From Dehalococcoidales bacterium (GTDB lineage Bacteria; Chloroflexota; Dehalococcoidia; Dehalococcoidales; UBA2162): a stretch of DNA of 64,000 nucleotides. Positions 10,164 to 18,946 of the stretch are shown piece by piece. The notes under the pieces are model-generated. The model was given only the letters and a program-made list of their open reading frames with translations, was not told the DNA's origin and ran no database searches. The first letter of the stretch is position 1; the number at the start of each line of letters is the position of its first letter. The stretch is taken from positions 24,657-88,656 of the forward strand of contig DAOUCV010000026.1 of NCBI GenBank assembly GCA_034432095.1, in the 5' to 3' direction. The position numbers were made by a program, and so were the translations under genes.

Positions 10164-12086
10164 GTGTCATTTGATGAAATCCGTGGGCAAGCGGTGGCGG
10201 AATGGGAGGCTTTACAGCACAGCGATAAACCTCGTATTCTGGTGGGCACCGCCACCTGTGGTCGAGCCGCCGGGGCGCTAACTGTTTTGGAGACCATTGA
10301 GAAAGAATTATCCAGATTAGACATTGAGGCAATAGTAACGCAGGTCGGCTGTATCGGGCTCTGTTATGCTGAACCTATTGTCGACATCATTAAGCCAAAC
10401 CGCCCTCGTATCTCTTACGGCAGGGTCACCCCGGAAGTTGTTTCCCGTCTAATTGAAGACTATATTGTCAATGACAACCCTCGTCCCGACCTGGCTATGG
10501 GTTATATCGGTGAAGGTAGTGTTGATGGCATTCCCAGGCTTTTTGATTTACCGGTGTTCAAGCCCCAGTTGCGTATCTCACTGCGTAATTGTGGGCACAT
10601 AGACCCTACCGATATAAAGCAATACATTGCCAATGATGGTTATAGCGGTTTTATTAAGGCACTAAAGATGACTCCTGAAGAGGTTATTGATGAGGTAAAG
10701 AAGTCTGGATTGAGGGGGAGGGGGGGGGCTGGTTTTCCTACCGGTCAGAAGTGGGAATTCTGCCGACGCTCACCGGGTAAAGAGAAGTATCTGATCTGCA
10801 ATGCTGACGAAGGTGACCCTGGTGCTTTTATGAATCGGTCGCAGTTGGAAAGTGACCCCCACGCTGTATTAGAAGGGATGCTTATTGGTGCCTATGCCAT
10901 CGGAGCAGCCAAGGGCTATATTTATTGTCGTGCCGAATACCCACTGGCTATAGAGCGGTTAAAGATTGCTCTGGAGCAGATGCGAGGGTGTGGCTTGCTA
11001 GGGGAAAATATACTTGGTTCTGGCTTCAGTTTTGATATTGAGATAAAGGAAGGCGCTGGTGCTTTTGTCTGTGGCGAGGAAACCGCCTTGATGGCTTCTA
11101 TTGAGGGTAAGAGAGGGATGCCCCGGTCCCGTCCTCCGTTTCCGGCAGTATCTGGTTTATGGGGGAAGCCGACCAATATTAATAATGTCGGGACCTGGGC
11201 TGATGTCGCCGCCATATTGCAAAAGGGAGGTGAATGGTATTCCCGTTTCGGTTCGGAGACAAGCAAAGGCACTAAAACCTTTTCTCTAGCCGGCAAAATA
11301 GCGCGTACCGGGTTAATCGAAGTACCGATGGGTATCAAGCTGGGTGAAATTATCTATGAGATTGGCGGGGGAATTGTTGGGGGCAGGCAATTTAAGGCGG
11401 TACTGACGGGAGGGCCATCGGGTGGTTGCCTGCCAGCCAGTATGCTGAATCTCCCCGTAGACTATGAGAACTTAGCCGAGGCCGGTTCCATAATGGGTTC
11501 CGGAGGTATGCTCGTTGCTGATGAAGATACCTGTATGGTTGATATGGCAAGGTTCTTTTTGTCCTTTACTCAGGCCGAATCTTGCGGTAAGTGTGTTCCC
11601 TGCCGTGTCGGCACCAGGCAGATGCTGGGTATCCTGGAGCGTATTATCCGGGGTGAAGGGCAGCCGGACGACATTGAGCGCCTTGAACAATTAGCCCGGT
11701 TGGTTAAATCTACCTCTCTGTGCGGCTTGGGGCAGACTGCTCCCAATCCGGTGCTAACCACGATTCGTTACTTTCGTGACGAATATGAAGCTCATATTCA
11801 CCAGAAAAGATGCCCAGCATTAGTCTGTAGCAGGTTGGTTTCTTATTATATCCTCCCTGATAGATGTGAAGGTTGTGGCATATGTCTCAGAAATTGCCCG
11901 GTTAGAGCTATATCCGGTGGCAAGCGGATGGTGCATGTTATTGACCAAGATAGGTGTACCAAATGCGGCACTTGTCTCAGTGTCTGTCCTGAGCGATTCA
12001 GTGCGGTGGTGAAAGTTTCCGGAGAGAGATTAGATGTTCCCAGCGAACCAGTCCCGGTAGCTTCATCAAAGGTAAAGGGAGATTGA
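10164..12086 (+). CDS. NuoF/HydB-type NAD(P)H-binding FMN iron-sulfur subunit (formate dehydrogenase beta-like)
   Basis: 640 aa. N-terminal thioredoxin-like 2Fe-2S domain. Canonical GRGGAGFPTGQKW, CNADEGDPGAF and GAGAFVCGEETAL motifs. ESCGKCVPCRVG plus LCGLG (4Fe-4S). C-terminal 2x[4Fe-4S] ferredoxin (CEGCGICLRNCP, CTKCGTCLSVCP). Confidence 0.9.
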   Translation: MSFDEIRGQAVAEWEALQHSDKPRILVGTATCGRAAGALTVLETIEKELSRLDIEAIVTQVGCIGLCYAEPIVDIIKPNRPRISYGRVTPEVVSRLIEDYIVNDNPRPDLAMGYIGEGSVDGIPRLFDLPVFKPQLRISLRNCGHIDPTDIKQYIANDGYSGFIKALKMTPEEVIDEVKKSGLRGRGGAGFPTGQKWEFCRRSPGKEKYLICNADEGDPGAFMNRSQLESDPHAVLEGMLIGAYAIGAAKGYIYCRAEYPLAIERLKIALEQMRGCGLLGENILGSGFSFDIEIKEGAGAFVCGEETALMASIEGKRGMPRSRPPFPAVSGLWGKPTNINNVGTWADVAAILQKGGEWYSRFGSETSKGTKTFSLAGKIARTGLIEVPMGIKLGEIIYEIGGGIVGGRQFKAVLTGGPSGGCLPASMLNLPVDYENLAEAGSIMGSGGMLVADEDTCMVDMARFFLSFTQAESCGKCVPCRVGTRQMLGILERIIRGEGQPDDIERLEQLARLVKSTSLCGLGQTAPNPVLTTIRYFRDEYEAHIHQKRCPALVCSRLVSYYILPDRCEGCGICLRNCPVRAISGGKRMVHVIDQDRCTKCGTCLSVCPERFSAVVKVSGERLDVPSEPVPVASSKVKGD

Positions 12087-12135
12087 GAAAGTTCAGATAG
12101 CTCCTAAAGATTATTTTAGCGAGGTTAGATGCAGA

Positions 12136-14889
12136 ATGATTACTTTAACTATTAATGACCAGAAAGTTGAAGCCAGTGAAGGGATGACGGTGCTGGAAGC
12201 AGCGAAGAAGGCTGGCATATATATCCCGACATTATGTTATCATGAATCCTTATCCCCCTACGGAGGCTGTCGTCTATGTGTTGTGGAGATTGAGAAGATG
12301 CGGGGCTTCCCCACGGCGTGCACGACACCGGCTGATAACGGCATGGTGGTAAAGACAAACACGCCACAGCTTCAGGAGTTCCGGCGGGGTATTTTAGAAC
12401 TGATGCTGACCGAGCATCCCCATACCTGCCTCATCTGTGACCGGAAGGAGCGATGTGAACCTTTTGATATATGTTTGCGCAGTGTGGCTGTGACCGAGCG
12501 CTGTGTGCTTTGTCCCAAGAATGGACGCTGTGAGCTGCAGGGGGTATTCGATTATGTAGGTCTTAAAGAAATCACGTTGCCGTATGCCTACAAGGATTTA
12601 CCGGTACACCGGGAAGACCCCTTCTTTGACCGGGATTACAACCTGTGCATCCTGTGCGGGCGGTGTGTCAGAGTCTGCCAGGAGGTAAGAGGTGCGGGGG
12701 CAATAGCCTTTACTTACCGCGGCAGCCGGACACTGGTTGGGACTGCCTTCGACCGACCGCTACAGGAATCGGGGTGTCAATTCTGTGGGGCGTGTGTTGA
12801 TATCTGCCCTACTGGGGCACTAATGGAACGGAGCCGAAAATGGGAGGGAGCCCGGGCTGAGCGTGAGGTGATTACCACCTGTCCTTACTGTGGGGTTGGC
12901 TGCCAGTTGAAGCTACAGCTTAAAGGGGACAGGATAATTGAAGTTCTCCCCAAGCGAGAAAATGCCGTAAATCGCGGGCAAGCCTGTGTCAAAGGCCGCT
13001 TTGGCATTCAAGAATTTGTTCATCACCCGGAGCGTCTACGCACCCCCCTAGTGAAGCGGAACGGGAAGTTTGAAGAGGCTACCTGGGATGAGGCACTGGA
13101 CATCGTCGCCCATAAGCTAGCCGGTTACAAACCAGATGAACTGGCTGTAATCCTCTCAGCCAAGGGTACTAATGAAGATAATTATGTTGCCCAGAAATTT
13201 GCCCGGGTGGTGCTGGGCACCAACAACATTGACCACTGTGCCCGTCTCTGACATGCCCCCACCGTAGCCGGTCTGGCTACAGCCTTTGGTAGCGGAGCAA
13301 TGACCAACTCTATCAACGAGATTGGTGATGCTGCCTGCATTCTGGCTATCGGCACCAACACCACGGCGGCTCACCCGGTAATCGGGCTGGAGGTGAAGAG
13401 GGCGGTGTTCAACGGGGGCAAGCTCATTGTTGCCAACCCCCGGGAAATTGAGCTGGTGCGTTTTGCTGACCTGTGGCTGAGGCATCAGCCGGGTAGTGAT
13501 GTCGCCCTGCTGATGGGGATGATGCGGGTGATAGTAGATGAGGGACTGCTTGACTCAACCTTTATACAGGAGCGGTGCGAGAACTTTGATGCCTTTAAGG
13601 CATCGCTAAAAAACTTTGACCTTGATTTTGTGGAGCAGGTTACCGGGGTGCCTAAGGAAAAGGTAGTTGAGGCTGCCCGGATGTATGCCACTAGTAAACC
13701 AGCAACTATTCTCTATTGTATGGGACTTACTCAACACTCGCATGGCACCGATAATGTTCTGGCTACGGCTAACCTAGCGATGCTCACCGGCAACATCGGT
13801 AAGCGGTCAACCGGGGTTAATCCGTTGCGTGGTCAGAACAATGTGCAGGGTGCCTGCGATGTTGGTGCTCTGCCCAATGTGTATACTGGCTACCAATCAG
13901 TAGCCGATGCGGCTGTTAGAGAGAAATTTGAAAAAGCCTGGGGAGTTAGCCTGAACCCCTCTCCAGGGCTGACCCTCACTGAGATATTTGATGCTGCCCA
14001 CAAAGGACAGATAAAAGCGGTCTATCTTATCGGGGAGAACCCGGTGCTCAGTGACCCCGACGCTAACCACGTCAGGGAATCTATAGAAGCACTGGAATTC
14101 TTTGTCGTTCAGGATATATTCCTCACCGAGACAGCCCAGCTGGCTGATGTCGTCCTGCCCTCAGTTAGCTTCGCTGAGAAGGACGGCACCTTTACCAATA
14201 CTGAACGCCGGGTACAACGGGTAAGGAAAGCGATTGAGCCGCTAGGCGATGCCAAGCCTGACTGGGAGATTACCTGCCAGATTGCCCGGAGAATGGGGGC
14301 TAAGGGCTTTGATTTTGAGAGTCCAGCTCAGATTATGGACGAGATTGCCAGTCTCACTCCCAGCTACGGGGGCATTTCCTACAGTCGTTTAGAGGGTGGA
14401 GGCTTGCAGTGGCCCTGCCCGAATAAGGAGCATCCGGGCACTCCAGTTCTGCATACTCAGCAGTTCAGTCGGGGGAAGGGTAGGTTTACACCTCTGGAGT
14501 ACAAGCCACCTAAGGAATTGCCCGATAGTGAGTATCCCTTAATCCTGACCACCGAACGAAGCCTGTATCAGTACCACACTGGCACCATGACCCGGAAGGT
14601 GAAGGGACTGAATACCATCCGTGGGGAGGAAATGGTTGAGATAAACCCGAGCGATGCCTCAGCCTTGGGTATTGCTGATGGCGAGATGGTCAAGGTCATC
14701 TCCCGGCGGGGAGAGGTGGTGGCTAGGGCTAAAGTGACTGAGACTTCGCCGGTAGGGGTGGTCACGATGGACTTTCACTTTGCCGAAAGCCCGGCGAATG
14801 TGCTGACCAATCCCGCGCTTGACCCGGTGGCTAAAATCCCTGAACTCAAGGTCTGCGCTGTCAGAATAGAGAAGAACGGGCGTAAGTGA
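12136..14889 (+). CDS. fdhA: formate dehydrogenase alpha subunit, selenocysteine-containing (in-frame UGA at 13249-13251)
   Basis: ORFs 12136-13251 and 13300-14889 share a frame. Their junction reads [26 protein letters not shown], the Mo/W-bisPGD Fdh active site. N-terminal NuoG-like 2Fe-2S and 4Fe-4S Cys clusters. Confidence 0.9.
13249..13300 (+). other. selenocysteine UGA codon plus SECIS hairpin
   Basis: TGA at 13249-13251. Twelve nt downstream lies the hairpin GUAGCC-GGUCU-GGCUAC (13264-13280), whose GGUC-containing apical loop resembles the E. coli fdhF SECIS. Confidence 0.8.
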
Positions 14890-14913
14890 CTGAAAACGGA
14901 ATGTTTGATAAGG

Positions 14914-14949
14914 AACGGAAAAGAGGGGCTTTAGCCCCTCTTTTCCGTT
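14914..14949. terminator. bidirectional intrinsic terminator hairpin between convergent genes
   Basis: Perfect 16-bp stem AACGGAAAAGAGGGGC / GCCCCTCTTTTCCGTT with TTTA loop, between fdhA (+) and the 98-aa ORF (-). Confidence 0.7.
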
Positions 14950-14957
14950 GCCGGTAG

Positions 14958-15254
14958 CTAGAGCTGACGGTAGAGGAACCACTTCTGGCGTTGGGCTTGC
15001 TTGAGGCTGGTACCCCGGTCGTGATAGATTTCAAAAACCTCACCCTGAGTGGTCTTGACCCGGTAGTAGTTGCGGTGGCGGCGTTGCCACCATCTTCGGC
15101 GACGCAACGGGCTTGAGCCAAAGCCGTAATCGTGCCAGGCTTGGAGTATGTCCGAGATAGCATATTCCTGCTCACCAAGACGGAAAGAGACCGGTGCTCT
15201 TAGCTCGCCACTTACGGTTACCTCAATCTCCCGACTGAAAAATCTTGGCGCCAT
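14958..15254 (-). CDS. hypothetical small arginine-rich protein
   Basis: 98-aa ORF in an otherwise empty convergent slot, with a basic patch (PLRRRRWWQRRHRNYYR). I do not recognise the family. Confidence 0.45.
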   Translation of the reverse strand: MAPRFFSREIEVTVSGELRAPVSFRLGEQEYAISDILQAWHDYGFGSSPLRRRRWWQRRHRNYYRVKTTQGEVFEIYHDRGTSLKQAQRQKWFLYRQL

Positions 15255-15337
15255 AGTCTAATTATATACCTAAAAGGGAAGGTGAGGTTGGATAAAAATC
15301 CCTTTTCTTTTAGCTAAAAACTCTAGTAGAATAGACA

Positions 15338-17935
15338 GTGATGCGAGAAGGTTCAACCCCTATCCGAGAGCAGTACCTCCGCATTAAGCGAAGGTACCCT
15401 GAAGCCATTGTCCTGTTTCGTCTGGGGGACTTCTATGAGACCTTTGACAATGATGCCAAGATTGTCTCCAAGGAACTCGATATTGTTCTGACCTCCAGAG
15501 AGATGGGTAAGAACTACCGGGTGCCTCTAGCTGGTATCCCCTATCATGCCCTCGGTAACTATCTTGCCAGACTGGTCAATCGCGGCTATAAAGTAGCTAT
15601 CTGTGAGCAGCTCACTCAGCCCGGCGAGACCAGAGGTCTGGTGGAGCGAGAGGTTGTCCGTGTGGTAACCCCGGGCACGGTAGTTGAGCCAAGCCTTCTT
15701 GATAGCAAGTCAAATAACTACTTGACCAGCCTGGTCCTGGGTGATAACGAGGTAGGCATCGCCTATGTTGACATAACGACCAGCGAATTTGCCACTACCC
15801 AGCTACCTCTCTCCCGGGCGCAGCCGGAGCTGGAGCGCCTCAAGCCCTCGGAGATTATTGCCGCCAACGGTGCCGAACTGTCTGGCTGGGGACTAAGCGC
15901 TCCAGTGACCCGCCTTGAGGACTACTGGTTTGAGCTGGAGATTGCCCGTCAAACACTGCTTGAGCATTTCAGGGTGGCTACCCTTGACGGCTATGGCTGC
16001 GCCAATCTGCCGCTGGCAATAAGAGCCGCCGGCGCTATTATCCGCTACATTCAGGAGACGCAGAAAGGAGCGCTGGGACAACTGACCAGACTTTCTACTT
16101 ACTCTACCAGTTCATTTATGGCGCTGGATATAGAGACCCAGAACAACCTGGAGCTTTTTCGTAGCAGTCGGACCGGGACAACTGGCGGCTCACTGCTGGG
16201 GGTTATTGACCTGACCAAGACGGCTATGGGGAGCCGACTATTAAAGAAGTGGCTGAGCCAGCCTCTGCTTGACATAACAGAACTGGTCAAGAGACAGGAC
16301 GCCATTGAATGGTTCTACAATAACACCCTGCCCCGTAATCAGACCATCTCTTTGCTGAGTAAGACGGCTGACCTTGAACGGCTGATTAACCGGGTAAGGA
16401 GCGGGATTGTTACCCCCCGCGAGCTGGTCGCCTTGAAGCGCGGGCTGGAGGTGATACCTAAGCTGGTAGAAGTATTTGAGGGTGGTAGCAGTAATAGCCC
16501 GATAAACTGGTTAAAGGAGGAGCTTAAACCACGCCAGGATGTTGTTGAGTTGATTGGCGAGGCGCTCGCTGACGAACCGTCTTCGAGCCTGAGTGAGGGC
16601 AATGTCATCAGGAAGGGTTTCGATGAGGAGCTGGACAAGCTCAGGTTAGTATCTCAGAACGCCAAGCAATACCTGGCTAATCTGGAACGGCAGGAGCAGG
16701 AAAAGACCGGGATTAAATCCTTAAAGGTCGGCTATAATAGGGTCTTTGGCTACTATATTGAGGTATCTAAACCCAATCTGCCGCAGGTGCCTGAGCACTA
16801 TATCAGGAAGCAGACACTGGTGGGTGGTGAACGCTTCTTCACCCCCGAGTTAAAAGAGTATGAGTCTCTGATTCTAAACGCCCGGGACAGGATTAGCGAG
16901 CTTGAGACCAGCCTCTTTCATCGGGTATGCCGTCAGGTAGCCACCGCCAGCGAGCGCATTCTAGCCGTCGCCAACGCTTTAGCGAATGTAGACGTCTGCT
17001 CAAGCCTGGCGGAAGTGGCGGTGCGCAATAGCTATGTTCGTCCCAAGCTGACTACGGGTAAGGAGATAGTTATCAGTCAGGGGCGTCACCCGGTAGTCGA
17101 GCAGAGTCTAGCTGATGGCGGCTTTGTGCCCAATGATACCTATTTGTCCAATGATGATGCCCAGCTTGTTATCCTTACCGGTCCCAATATGGCCGGGAAG
17201 TCAACCTACTTGAAGCAGGTAGCCCTGATTGTGCTCTTAGCCCAGATTGGCAGTTTTGTGCCGGCGGCTTCAGCCACCATCGGTCTGGTTGACCGTATCT
17301 TTACCAGAATTGGTGCCAGGGAAGACCTGGCGGCAGGCCAGTCCACCTTTATGATGGAGATGGTGGAGACCGCCAATATCCTGAATAATGCTACCCCGAA
17401 ATCGTTAATCATCCTTGATGAGATTGGTCGGGGCACCAGCACCTACGACGGGCTCTCCATCGCCCGGGCGGTCGCTGAATATATTCATAATAACCCGAGG
17501 CTTGGGGCTAAGACCCTCTTTGCCACCCATTATCACGAGCTGGTGGAGCTGGCTAATTTCCTGCCAAGGGTGAAGAATTTCAATGTGGCAGTAACTGAGG
17601 AGGGAGGGGAGGTTATCTTTCTGCGCAAGATTGTGCCCGGCGGTGTTGATAAGAGCTACGGCATTCATGTGGCTCAACTTGCGGGGCTGCCCAGGTCGGT
17701 TGTGCACCGGGCTAATGAGGTACTGGAAGAGCTTGAAGAGGGTAGCCGTAGAGACTTAGCCAGACCATCGGTCAAGGGTCGCCGCCGTAAGCCCGAGCCA
17801 GCCCAGCAACTGACCTTCTTCGGTCAAAAACCACCGGTCTTGGAGGAACTGGAAGAGCTGGATATAGACTCCCTCACCCCCCTCCAAGCCCTCACTAAAC
17901 TATATGAATTACAGAAGAAGGCGAGGGGAACATAA
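15338..17935 (+). CDS. mutS: DNA mismatch repair protein MutS
   Basis: 865 aa. N-terminal mismatch-binding motif (FYETFDNDA), Walker A GPNMAGKST, DEIGRGTSTYDG, THYHEL. Confidence 0.95.
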   Translation: MMREGSTPIREQYLRIKRRYPEAIVLFRLGDFYETFDNDAKIVSKELDIVLTSREMGKNYRVPLAGIPYHALGNYLARLVNRGYKVAICEQLTQPGETRGLVEREVVRVVTPGTVVEPSLLDSKSNNYLTSLVLGDNEVGIAYVDITTSEFATTQLPLSRAQPELERLKPSEIIAANGAELSGWGLSAPVTRLEDYWFELEIARQTLLEHFRVATLDGYGCANLPLAIRAAGAIIRYIQETQKGALGQLTRLSTYSTSSFMALDIETQNNLELFRSSRTGTTGGSLLGVIDLTKTAMGSRLLKKWLSQPLLDITELVKRQDAIEWFYNNTLPRNQTISLLSKTADLERLINRVRSGIVTPRELVALKRGLEVIPKLVEVFEGGSSNSPINWLKEELKPRQDVVELIGEALADEPSSSLSEGNVIRKGFDEELDKLRLVSQNAKQYLANLERQEQEKTGIKSLKVGYNRVFGYYIEVSKPNLPQVPEHYIRKQTLVGGERFFTPELKEYESLILNARDRISELETSLFHRVCRQVATASERILAVANALANVDVCSSLAEVAVRNSYVRPKLTTGKEIVISQGRHPVVEQSLADGGFVPNDTYLSNDDAQLVILTGPNMAGKSTYLKQVALIVLLAQIGSFVPAASATIGLVDRIFTRIGAREDLAAGQSTFMMEMVETANILNNATPKSLIILDEIGRGTSTYDGLSIARAVAEYIHNNPRLGAKTLFATHYHELVELANFLPRVKNFNVAVTEEGGEVIFLRKIVPGGVDKSYGIHVAQLAGLPRSVVHRANEVLEELEEGSRRDLARPSVKGRRRKPEPAQQLTFFGQKPPVLEELEELDIDSLTPLQALTKLYELQKKARGT

Positions 17936-17965
17936 AGTAAACTTTTTAGAGAAAGGAGAACGGAA

Positions 17966-18571
17966 ATGAAGATTTTGGCTGTTTCGTGCAGTCCAAGAAG
18001 ACAGGGGAATACTGAGATATTGTTAGGCGAGGCACTCAAGGGAGCGCAATATGAGGGGGCTGAGACAGAGCTTTTTAGTGTTGCCGGCAAGACCATAGCG
18101 CCCTGTGACGCCTGCAATAGCTGTATGAAGAAAGGCGTATGTCACATCAAGGACGACATGCAGGGACTATACGATAAGCTATTAGAAGCCAATGGTATTA
18201 TCTTCGGTACCCCGATTTACTTCTACAACATGGCAGCCCAGTGCAAGGTGATAATGGACCGGACGATTGCGCTGAACCATCCGGAGAGGAACTTGGCCAA
18301 CAAGGTTGGGGGCATCGTCGTGGTCGCTGCCAGTCTGGGCAACATAGACGCCGTAAAGGACCTCTATTTCTACTTCGTCTCACGGCGGATGCTTGCCGCC
18401 AGTTATGTCGCCGCTTACGCCATGGCTCCGGGTGAGGTAAAAAACCTCGAAAAATGTATGAAGGCAGCCTATGACCTTGGTCGGCAGGTGGCGCGTCTGG
18501 CAGCGATGAATTTCAAATATCCCAGCGATTTGATATTACCCGCTATCGCCTACGGCACCCACACCCGCTAG
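17966..18571 (+). CDS. iron-sulfur flavoprotein (Isf-type NADPH-dependent FMN reductase / flavodoxin-like fold)
   Basis: CSPRRQGNT flavodoxin-like N-terminus and a compact CX2CX2CX5C motif (CDACNSCMKKGVC). Confidence 0.75.
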   Translation: MKILAVSCSPRRQGNTEILLGEALKGAQYEGAETELFSVAGKTIAPCDACNSCMKKGVCHIKDDMQGLYDKLLEANGIIFGTPIYFYNMAAQCKVIMDRTIALNHPERNLANKVGGIVVVAASLGNIDAVKDLYFYFVSRRMLAASYVAAYAMAPGEVKNLEKCMKAAYDLGRQVARLAAMNFKYPSDLILPAIAYGTHTR

Positions 18572-18583
18572 CCGAATACCTAC

Positions 18584-18870
18584 TATCAACATTCCTAACC
18601 CTATCCCCTTAATCCCCTTCCCCTTGCCAAGGGGAAGGGGAATTTTTATATTTTAATTTTATATAAGGGAGGCTTCGTCTCTCTTTAACTCTCTTTATTT
18701 ATGGGGTCTCTGAGAGGGGCGTAAGCCCCTCTTTAAAAATAACTTCCCCTCTCTTTTTAAGGAGAGGAGATAGGGGGTGAGGGAAGATTTAAAAGAGGCG
18801 GCTTTCGTCCCCTCTCTTACTATTCTCCCCCTTCCCTTAGTAAGGGAAGGGGGCAGGGGATAGGTTGCTA
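18584..18870. repeat. MITE-like multi-hairpin intergenic element, copy L1 (287 bp)
   Basis: Inverted termini: TATCAAC..AACCCTATCCCCT at 18584-18609 and AGGGGATAGGTTGCTA at 18855-18870. Perfect 12-bp hairpins at 18614-18640 and 18827-18853. AGAGGGGC-GTAA-GCCCCTCT at 18713-18732. Confidence 0.75.
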
Positions 18871-18946
18871 TACTTAAAAAACCACTTAAAAGACCTGTCT
18901 TGGTTTGTTGTTGAGTGTGGGCCTAGTGTAATATTTAGCGGAGAGA

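Noticed and set aside
13156-13485. Possibility that the split fdhA ORFs (12136-13251 / 13300-14889 and 45382-46446 / 43753-45333) are pseudogenes, and that the antisense ORFs 13156-13485(-), 13182-13364(-), 44987-45451(+) and 45244-45477(+) are genes
   Set aside because: Both breaks are single in-frame TGA codons at the conserved Sec/Cys active-site position, each with a downstream SECIS-like hairpin. The antisense ORFs simply shadow the fdhA frames.
18584-18870. CRISPR array interpretation of the repeated GA/CT-rich hairpins (also at 50533-50761 and 55011-55246)
   Set aside because: The units are short palindromes of three different types with irregular spacing. There is no constant repeat length, no unique spacers, and no cas genes in the window.
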